This document shows, piece after piece, positions 53,747-64,000 of a stretch of 64,000 nt of DNA (its first letter is position 1; each line of letters starts with the position of its first letter). A model generated the notes under the pieces. That model had not been told where the DNA came from. It saw only the letters and a list, made by a program, of their open reading frames with translations, and ran no database searches. This DNA is from Ophelia neglecta (lineage: Eukaryota): positions 61,566,001-61,630,000 of the forward strand of contig OZ260664.1 in assembly GCA_965285935.1 (NCBI GenBank). The letters are read 5' to 3'. The position numbers were made by a program, and so were the translations under genes.

Positions 53747-56700
53747 ATATTAATAACTCAATACATAACACATAAATATTGTATAGTCATTAACTTCTGC
53801 ATTATTGCTTTTTCTACTTAAAGTAATTTTAAAGATTATAATAGATGTTTTACGTGATTTAACTGGCATCATATGAACTTTTGGATACTTTTCATTGCTG
53901 TTATATCTTGTTATACTTTCATTCATTACAAGGTTACTTACGGTTAAGTAGCAGTTAAGGAACTGGGCATTAATCAATGTGGGGATCCTGGAACTAATAG
54001 TATATTGAGTGACAGATGAGCGAAAAAAAGGTCCAGAATAAATCTATGTCAATAAGAAAGTTGGGAAGGAGGGCAAACTGACGGTTCAACCACTCCTTAC
54101 TCAGGAATTGGATCAGATCAGTGTCATGTGGGAGCATGATGATTTAGACATACCGCAAGTCTTAATAACATTTCATTATCAAGTTATATTTTAATATGCG
54201 TTCGTCTTTTTTATGTCCTTCTCATGATTTGATTAAGCCGCTACATCCAGTTAGACTGTTGCAAAGCTATACTAACATCTTGGATTACTTGAACATTTCA
54301 TTGTTTGGTGTCATCACTGTGGGCTACATTTGCTGTGACATCATTGAAACTGCTTGTCCCATTGTAAGTGGACATACATTAATCTAATACATATCTTTAA
54401 CGTTATTATTATTACTTATTCGTCTTTACTATTATACGTAAAGCAGACATGTTCCACATTATAGTTAATATTATACTTGCTGTAATATTCTTTCCTTGTA
54501 GTTGTTACAGCCATTGCTTGCCATTTGCCTAGTTCATGTTAAAAACACTGTTTTCAGTAATGTCAGGAGTCAGTATCGCATCATATGCAAAACCATAAGA
54601 CGCACAGTAACCAAGGCTGGAAGCAATCAAATATGACTGACCTCTCTTCAACCATGTAGGTTTAAACCACCGATCCTTACTACCAACTTGGAATTATTTC
54701 CCTTTACTACACTATTTGAATATTTTATGGCGAGTGTATCCTGAAATATTGCCCTATCCAGCTTAGAACTGGAATGTCGCAATCCGAGATTGTGAGTATG
54801 TTTTATTTGTTAATGCCGCGATAATTCAATTTTCTGCTCCAGCCTGTATATTGATAGAACTCCACTTCATTCGACGGAGCATTGTCTAATTACTGGCTGA
54901 CACGCCTGACATATCCTTTAACATGTCTTTATTACCGGCTTTGGACATTTCTGATCAGACGCAATTACCAAATTAACTGTCTGTTTGCATGTCAATATAG
55001 AATAATTTTCGTTTTGCCTCGAGTCCATTCTTTATAATATTTCAGTATTGAGGTTGATGATTTAAACCTTTGTGAGTACCGTGTAGCATGCGATGTTTGT
55101 GTAGGAGATGTCTGGTCGGTTTTCCTAATGTTTGCATGAAAATCGTGGATTCAGACAGGTTATACCCTTGACACTGCTTTAGAATTGGTGGGAAATTCGT
55201 TGCAAATGACGTCCAGATGCATCAGAAACAGTAACGGATGAGTGAACACAGGAAGAAAGAACGTCACGGTAATAGATGCAATCAATCATAATTGCGCATG
55301 TTGAAAGGTCATTATTGGCATATTGCAGGCCAAGAAAATAAACAGAGTTATGAATTAAAAACAAGGTTAAAAGCACTTTAAGATTTTTCCAAAAAGAACT
55401 GAAGATTCTTGATTTGTTTCTTTCTTACCATAAAAAGGTTTACGGTCATTAAACCGTGTTTTGCTGAAAAAGGGCCATTAAAACTAATAGGGGTGTCGCC
55501 TAATGATTGACCTTAGCATTGTTACGATTATTGTCAACCATGAGAAAGCACCGTTAAACAACTTTGGTTTTGTAGAGTAGACCATGGATCAATAGGTGTT
55601 AGCCCACGTTGAGGCCTGTGCGTCCTAAGTTTTTGTTTATTGCTTTGCAGGGCTAAAAGCGGTTTTGTTCTAAACGCCTGCTGAGCAAGTTTCTAGTAAG
55701 GGGCCAAGATGCCAGCCATGGAATTTACTACTAATTTTGGGGTAGGGAGATACCGGATTTGTATATTTAATTGCTGGCTTAAACTGAGCCACGTCTCGCG
55801 TATTTAAAAATCCTTCATAAGTGACGGCTACACCGAAAACATCAAAGATGGTGGAAGAATACTGGCTGGAAATATTTCATTTTTGTACTTCAGTTTTGCT
55901 CGGCAACTTAATAATTTAATATTAAGCAACCTTGTCAGTATGCTTATTAGCTTAAAGGGGAAATAATTTGTCCTATTTGGAAAGCGGCAGAGAATACAGC
56001 AACAAACAATGACATTTTGTTTGGCTTTCTGTTTGGAGCAAGCCATTGTCGGAATCGATCTGAACTCGTCAGGTGAAAATACACACAGCAGATTTTGCTT
56101 GTCTGAAAGCAGGATTGAAAGAAGCTGGTTTCATTGTCTTCTAATCACCCTGTCCCCATTTCAGCAAGCGAAATGTATCAATATTCATAGTTTGTGCATT
56201 CAATATCCATTATCTGCACTGCAAGAGCATTAAATCTAAAATAGAACCTATAGTGACAGAGTCAAGGTAACAAATGAACATGAACTATCTATAAGAATTC
56301 AATTCTGAAGTGTACTTGGTCCGATGGGAAATGTTTGCACTTACATACTATGGATAGGAAATCGTAAGATTCATTTCAATAATAATGCAAGAATTAACTG
56401 TTTAAAAAGTATGCCATCAAACCATCTAAGCGATTGCTTAGCGACCAAGGAAGAGCCACTGTATTGTTCCAGGCATTCCTGGAGTAACAATTACGTACTG
56501 GCGGGTGTCCATTTCCGCTTTTTGTAATGAATACTACTGAGAATGAGAACATATTATTTGAACTAATTTTTGGGGTTAAGGACACGAACGAGGTACTGGT
56601 GGAAACATGTCCAGGACTATTAACGTACCGTGTTGCGCACGCAATCTATAATATTTGGTAGTACGCTTTTTCGTGGTATCATTGGCTATGTGCGTGATTA

Positions 56701-59224
56701 GTCGAGTAGCTCACATGGGTTCAGATTAATAATTTATGCATTTTCACTTCCTGGCATGCCATGTTTGTTTACAAAGGACAGAATGGCAGTCGCACAGCCC
56801 TATGGATGACGTGGTTTTTGTGAGTTATCGAAGTGCCATTAGAGCCATCCGACAGAGCAATAACAATAACACAATTTGGGCAAATGCAAAGAGCAGAGAA
56901 CAGGAGAAAAACAAGTACGGTTGCACTTTAGTAATTAACCAATACACGTTGAAAGGAATAAACAGACTAAAGATGTCTAATATTTTGGGTAGTGCCACCA
57001 TTGTTCATTCCTGAAGGTATCGTTTATATGCTGTCAACGTAGAAAGGTCCTTTCTGCATCAGAACGGAAATACATAATTCATGGACACTTTAAAGTGGAG
57101 ACTCCCCTAGCATGCCACTAAGAATTTACGCGAGAAGTGGATAGAGCGACATTTCATGTGATATATAATGTGATTGCACCAAACCATCATCGGAGATAGA
57201 TATTGGATATTTGAATATTGGTGAAAAAATCATGAACTGAGCTTGAGTACTGTGACATTTTAACTAGGTTGTAGAAATGTTAAAAATGTTGTAGTTTACT
57301 TTGTCGGGATATAAATAATAATTTTCAGACCAAACAAAAATATATAGTTGTCTCTATACAGTGTCTCTAACGTGCTATTTATTACATAAATACTTTAATT
57401 TGTGTTGCCCTCTTAACCACCACGACCAAATCAAACGCGTTAGTCCTATTATGTTAATCCACGCGTGGCATGTATCTTCTCTCTCGAGTTGTGGTCGTAC
57501 ACATTATATTACCATAAGACTGATTGTTATTTCATGTGATATCGTATATACCTAGACGAAATGGAACAAAACATATGCAGACAGGTTTTCGCTGTTATAC
57601 TTGAGTCTTTCAGTGCCTGGATAATGTTAGAGGACTATCAAATCAAATTTCAAGCGCGAAATTTAACCTTGACAATAAGCATTTTTACTTGCTCCTTTCC
57701 AAATGTAGTTGTGGGGGAAATTTCCTGAACTTATTTTCTTAATAGCTGGCGAGAAAAGAGATACCTTTAGTTTTATCTGACCGTCGGTTAAATGGATTAC
57801 GTTATCATGTCAGTCTCTTTGAGCACACCTGTGAAACTCAACATCATAGAAGTACTTATTCAAAACAAAACCGGTTTGTATACCCGGCTGACGGAGCAAA
57901 ATCATTACTCGTGAATATTTAATCAATGCGGTATGAATTCGTCTGGAACCGACAACTCAGAACACTACATATTCTCCTGTTGCGTGCCTTGATTCACCTC
58001 TTGGTAAACCGTGGAATACTAATCTTAACTTTGGATTCTTTACTCTCACAGGTTTTGACTATATCGCAGTGATTAAAATTTATTAGCAGTTAGTAAACCC
58101 AATGCAGGCACATTGTCCTAGATAAGTTATTAATTAATGGACTAGTTATGTTTACCTGGTGTCCTGTTTATTTTAAGTTTTAAGGCAGGATAGAAGACCG
58201 GCAGGCCAACCATATTTTACGGCGCTTTTATAATATCAGGAGACCGACATAACAAGTTAATTGGTAACACAATGTATGATATATTGCCTTCTGGCTTCAT
58301 TTGACGCCTCCATGATGGATTGGTTTCGGTTCTTTGTCTGCTTATGAAGATAAATGAATGACATTTATAATCAAGGTTTCTCCGTCCCAATCGATCACTT
58401 TAACAGGCCGCGAAAACCATTTTACTAGCATATTGGTTAAAACGGCAATGTAGGGTACATATGCCCTTATAAACTATTATATATGGAAAACAATACAAGT
58501 CTGAAAGTAAATTGAAGTAGCAAATAGATTGATACCACATATGAAATACAATTGATTGGAAAATGGTATCTGTCTTTTAATTTGTGCAATTTTGTGACTA
58601 AATTGATTCTGTCTGCAATGCCATCAGACAAATGATCCTCTTGTAACTAATCGTTAAGAACGGATACACGACTCATATGAGTTTGTACGTACATTTACTG
58701 CGATGCAGTGTAGGAATTTATCGGGGACGTTATATGGTATCAGTTATATTTTGTTTTGGAATAACCGACAGTCGTTTTTATCGGCCATAAAATGTTCTCT
58801 TCAATTAAGTCTTATGTGCATATCTAAAATTTTGTTCCAATGTTTTTGGGGGATAAGGGCTAAGATATAATGAGTAAAACATTATTTATCAATATTTTTA
58901 CTTATAACTGATACGGGATTAGTTTTTGTAGCTTATCATTCAACTAAAGGAGCAAAAAGGGACAGGGGATTGATGTAAATAGCCAGCAGCATCTTTTATG
59001 GTGGTTTATAATCTATTTAATTGAACGTTGTTGATGAATGGAATACTTTCTGCCGGCTGTCTACCCCCGACTATTGCTCTTTTTGTGAAGGAAATAATAA
59101 CATATCAGCCTTGTGTTTCATCACCAAGCCATTAACAAATGCAAATGATACAAATATAAATATCAACTAAATATCACTTGCAATGAGAAATAGTCAGTTT
59201 TTGAGGATACGAGCCAGAACGCTT

Positions 59225-59480
59225 TTATTGGATTCCACAAGTCTTCAAGACGTGTGTTGTACTTGGATGAATGGATGGAATATTTGTCTGTGACTTTGAA
59301 AAATGCCTGTTTTAATCTGCAGAGTTCATATCCGGGTCACTAATTTAGATACTAGGGCTATGTGTCTTTAGTTAAAATCAGAGAGAAAGCATAAGCTCTT
59401 ACAAAGGCCACAAATTTGTAAGTTAATCCCCCATATGCTGGGGAACTAAGAATACTGCTATCAAGTAATGGGAAGTATCG
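59225..59480 (-). mobile_element. Penelope-like RT C-terminal relic, copy 2
   Basis: FPLLDSSI..PAYG...RA...DFN.RHIALVSKLVT.GYELCRLKQAF. Confidence 0.8.
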
Positions 59481-59559
59481 ACAAGCCAGTTAAGGCCACC
59501 AACAGGGATATATAGGGCGCAGTCATTCAAGCCTCCTCGCTGCTCAAATCTACACCTGA

Positions 59560-60720
59560 TTAAACCAAACTGCTCTCTACAAAGTAAAATTCTGTCATCA
59601 GTGACATTATAGATAAGCATGCTCCTGTCAACAACAAAACTGCCACAATCAGACCCGAGACTAAATGGTGTAAGAATGCCATAAATCAAGGTAAATCAGT
59701 AAACAGCAGAAATGGGCACAGATGGAACCTGACTAAACAAGCCGATGAAAGACAAAAGTATAAAATATAAACCAATGTAAAAAGGGGATTAAAAAAGGGT
59801 TCTACTTTTTAGAACGAATCAATGATAACACTGGGTACCAAAATGTTCTTTTCAGAGTTATTGATCGACTTTTGAATAGGAACTGAAACTTTTCACCAGC
59901 CTCACAAGAATCGTCTCTTTCCAGACGTGTTGCATGCATGGCTTTTGTTGAGATTTTTTTTACTGGAAAGAAAGACCAATATCCTAGCAAACCTAGACTC
60001 TCTGGGAGACGCGAACTCATTGAACAATCGCAAAGTGCTTAACAACGGCCCACTGACTTCTTTACGGCCAGCTACACTCTATGAAGTTAAAATTGACAAA
60101 ATCATCGGATCTCGGCCACTTCCATTGCAACGTGGATGCATTAGGAGTATCTTCATGATCCCCTACCAAGTATAAAAGGCATGATATCCATCCTTTATTG
60201 AAGAAATCCATTCTCATTCAAGAAAGTCTGACTCTACTTCACACCTGTTTCAAAGTTGTCGTACATGTCAAAGCTGATGAGGGTTTTTTTTTTTTTTACC
60301 GATTTCTCTCCGAACACATGACAATGCACGCTTTGAATGTCGGTTTCAATCAGTTCAGAGGAAAGATCACAGCCTTGAGGAAGCTTTGTTACTAGTCCAG
60401 GGCGACGTTGGTCAGCTTTTTGATGACCAGCGTTGTGTTTCACTCTATCTTCCCAATCTGTCAGCAACTTCCGGTTTGCAGCCACGTTCTTTTCAGCCCC
60501 TTAGGTCGTATTGGATGGAGCTGCCCTCAATTGCTTCGAGTAGTACCTGGTGGGACGTATGCAAGTGTGCCTGTGCGGATGATGTATGTTCAAAGCACCA
60601 CCTTCTCTTCTCTGGTTTCTCTCAGGGTGTGTACTCGGTCCAGTCCTCTTTTCAGCGTACACAATGAGCCTGGGCGACATTATCAAAAACAATCATCTAC
60701 CATACCACCTCTACACGAAT
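59560..60720 (+). mobile_element. L2/CR1-type LINE ORF2 relic
   Basis: IIDKHAPVNNKTATIRPETKW; LRPATL.EV; LLLVQGD..DDQRCVSL..NLSA; SGFSQG/VLGPVLFSAYTMSLGDIIKNNHLPYHLY, breaking off at the YADD position. Confidence 0.9.
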
Positions 60721-60788
60721 GCAAAACTAAGTATAAGTAAACCAAGTATAACTGAAGGTGAATGAATTATTTCTAATGGATCTTAGCC

Positions 60789-60808
60789 ATATATATATAT
60801 ATATATAT
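60789..60808 (+). repeat. (AT)n microsatellite followed by (AAT)-rich low complexity
   Basis: About 10 AT units. Confidence 0.9.
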
Positions 60809-61139
60809 AATTTTTTTTATTAATGATAATAATAATAATTGATACTAATAATTAATAAAATCTTAATGCTGCGATTGTATGATATAATGGTATTCACTCA
60901 TTTTTATTATATATAGTACATCCATCTGTCTTAATACTTGACATACAAGTTATTAAGTATCTCCAATGATGTCATTTATTTCGTCTTTTATTGTATCCTA
61001 TGCATAATGAATATACTTGAAATTAGTACAGAAAACAAGTACCTCCGGGCATCCACATCTTAAACCGATTCTTTCCAAATTAATGTAAATGTGCAGCCCC
61101 TTGCCAACAAAGGTCCAATGTGCTCGTAGCTCACACGCA

Positions 61140-61720
61140 ATGAACCCTTTGTTGTACTAATAATGACCTGTCTAGTCTTCCAGAGATGGTTGGGAGTATT
61201 GTGGCCAGACAAACAGACTTCAATCTGAAGCAAGATTGAGTACACACGGTCCTTGTTAGTCAGCCTCTGACATCCTAGTTGTCGTTTTACACAATTCTCA
61301 ATTTGGACACAACGCCACCAGCCATTTATGGAAATCCAATCTATCGACCATTTTTAGATCCCACAATGGCATAATAGTGACAGTGCTGGACCTTTTCCTG
61401 GCGGCTCAAACCATCGGTGCTTTATTCTGTATCCTTCCATGATTACCATTTAACATCATTTCAGCCTCGCCTGTGAAATATGACAGAGAGGATAATTGAG
61501 GGCGGCGGCCTGGCGTGTCCGCGGACTGACTAGTGTCGTGGGTATGGGTTAGATTAACTCCTTAGTGTAAGGCAAATTGATGATAGACCGGTTATCGGGT
61601 TTTGTTCATTACTTGTGCATTACGTGCGACCGGAACTTCAAAAACAGAGAGACAATTTTGCTATAGCTGTCTTTCCATAAGCTGCCAATGAATTGGTAAT
61701 TTCCCGTTGTGTAGACAGCA
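61140..61720 (+). mobile_element. Three-copy family member B (inverted relative to A and C), extending into a DIRS MTase-like segment
   Basis: Aligns with A and C over ~61140-61505; downstream reads VRPELQKQRDNFAIAVFP..W.FP (cf. VLxKL..LIAPxW..WFP). Confidence 0.5.
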
Positions 61721-63023
61721 AAACCTTCACCGTCAAATGAAAAAATGTGAAATTTTACCGGTTGTGCCAGCTCTTTTATCATATGATATTGAGCAAACAT
61801 TTGGAAGAGTGACCTAATTTTCAAAACACATCTACCTTGAGGCGCACAAAGGCCCTTCTTAATGGTACTAAAAATGAAAAGAAATGTTTGTCAAGCATAC
61901 GATTGCAGTTCAATAGAAATAAACCATATTTATCGATATAGTTGTGAAAAAATCTAACCCATACATTAGTCACCAACAAAATGCCATTTTTTAATTTGCT
62001 TTGCTGCATGCAGATAAGAATTTATGTGGCGGTGTTTAATGGAGAAGGATTTGCCAGAGAAAGGACAATTTCCTTACCAATTGAGTTCGAATTAGCACGA
62101 AACAGAAGCACTGTGGACACTGATTTGTAATGGCCCTGGGAAACATAAACCTTGACCAGGTGACAAGAGCAATTATCCCTTTGAACTACTGGACGTGCCA
62201 TGCCCTATGGGATCGTTCATCGGTCTGGTGACCCAACACTGATAGAAACATCATGTCGTATAATGTTTTGCCTGCTAGTGTTTAAAGTAAATCGTGAAAC
62301 CGAATATGGATTTCTGTAGAGTAGTGTATTGTGAAACAAAATCAGTGTCCTCGGTCATGTTGCCATTTAAACATGAGTTGACATGTGGCTCACAAACATC
62401 CCGAGTTGTCATTAGGCGATATGCTTCCCTTACAGGCCTTAATGTGCCACTCAGGGGTCCAGTTTGAATGACCCTACGTTAATTGTATAAGCGAAGGGAG
62501 AAAGAACAATGACCACCATTACATAAATTATTAATTTGGCCAGGGTTTAGACACAACCATTTCTATTCTTTGTTCAAATGAAAAAGAAATAATCAGACAC
62601 TTAGGCATGGCAAATATAACGTTGGTCAATCCTTAGAAATATGCTTCTTAAATTTTTCTTTACTACACAGCGCCTTCATCCAGGTTTAACCATTTGTGTT
62701 GGCTGTTAAATTTGATCCAATGAATTATTGAGTTCGCTATTTGAAATGAGCTGGTGATTTTGGACTGGTTCCTACTTTCACCTGTGTTGAGTGTGCAAAT
62801 GATGGGCCGTTTGTCGAGACAAATTAAAGAAGAAAAAATGTCAACCGAATAAATGTTTGATTCAGGCTATGTTTGATTTGATGAGGCATTTCAGAAAACA
62901 AATTTAAAACTTTCTGATACAAAGAAAAACTATCACAAGGCTAAAGGAAAGAGTAAAACAGGTACTCTTAAAAAAGAAACACCTGTTTGTTTACCAGCTT
63001 TAAAAGGTCCCTTGGCTAAAAGA

Positions 63024-63051
63024 CCCCCCCCCCCCCCCACACACACACACA
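63024..63051 (+). repeat. Poly-C run fused to (AC)n
   Basis: Directly visible. Confidence 0.9.
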
Positions 63052-64000
63052 ATCTCAAAACCCTAGGATAACAAACTGCAGGAACGTGATAAACTATTGT
63101 TTAGGGACGGGGGACGCAATAAGCCAGAATTTCATATTTTCCTTATATACTTGGATTCCTGGACCAGCAGACCTGATATATACTTCTTGTGTTTCAAGCC
63201 CGGGGACTCTTGGGTTAAGATAAGGGATTGTAATTGTTGTTCGGGGGCACCTCCCAGCCACGGGACTCCCAAAACGTTAACACCGGTATGACTTGTAACA
63301 TGTGTATAATCTCCTACCTTTATACATTGCAATTTCTATTACGGAATTATATAATATTTCATTTTAGAACACTACATTTGTAATAAATATAGTCCTGCTT
63401 GCTTAGGAAAGTAGACAGATTAATAATGTTACACCTACCGTAGCTTATATGTTTTCCATCCTAGTAAGAGCTATCCCTATCTGTAAAAGCACGAGCAAGC
63501 ACTATCTGTAACCGCTCAATGTAGGGCATCATTAGCAGGTACCTATCATTAGGGTATAGCATCATCCCGCTCTATGCATTATGAATAAGATTCTATTAAA
63601 AAACTATTTCTGGCTCAGGCATCCATAAACCCCGCTCATTAAATGGACATTTTTTTTATTACCTATCACACAGCATCCCGTTTCAGATAAGCAGAAGCTA
63701 GCCGATATTATAATACAACATTAAGGGTTGATTAATGATCACGGATTCTGTCCCTGCAACTAAATGTCTTTCTCCTTTACTTTTTATCCCTTCAAATTTA
63801 AGATAAACGTCCAAGCACCTACCTTTCCTGAAGCCCTGCAAAATTTATTAAATAGCTGCATATATTATTATCATTGGCATGGATGAAAGTAACTTCATGA
63901 GTAGACAACATAGTCGATAAAATACCATTTATCGCGCTTCAAAATCCATTCTAACAATCCCCATGAGCGTTCAGACATGAATCATCATATCCCATACACC

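Noticed and set aside
61090-61480. Minus-strand reading as tyrosine recombinase or Bel/Pao integrase (KW.SW, HLWKT..RVS)
   Set aside because: The KW*SW stop is shared by two copies and spacing is wrong; the opposite-strand RNase H reading fits better, though not proven.

Overview
AT-rich, gene-poor eukaryotic DNA, almost certainly from an invertebrate animal (lophotrochozoan-like repeat content; taxon not determinable from the sequence). No operons, rRNA, convincing tRNA or CRISPR. One intact protein-coding gene is supportable: a minus-strand GT32-family (OCH1/Sur1/A4GALT-like, DxD) type II membrane glycosyltransferase of about 443 aa, in two coding exons (41317-40778, 40593-39802) joined by a 184-nt intron that can only be read as GC-AG. 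The rest is largely heavily decayed retroelements, recognised by eye from frameshifted motif series: Ty3/gypsy, L2/CR1 and other LINEs, Penelope-like, and several DIRS/Ngaro tyrosine-recombinase relics including multi-copy families within the window, plus small MITEs and microsatellites. The most striking non-coding signal is a perfect six-pentamer heat-shock element at 5515-5544, about 50 bp upstream of an Inr-like TCAGTC and a strong splice donor, with no plus-strand coding gene visible. All TE calls are manual motif matches and need HMM/RepeatMasker confirmation; their boundaries are approximate. I found no defensible evidence for a new multi-gene system.
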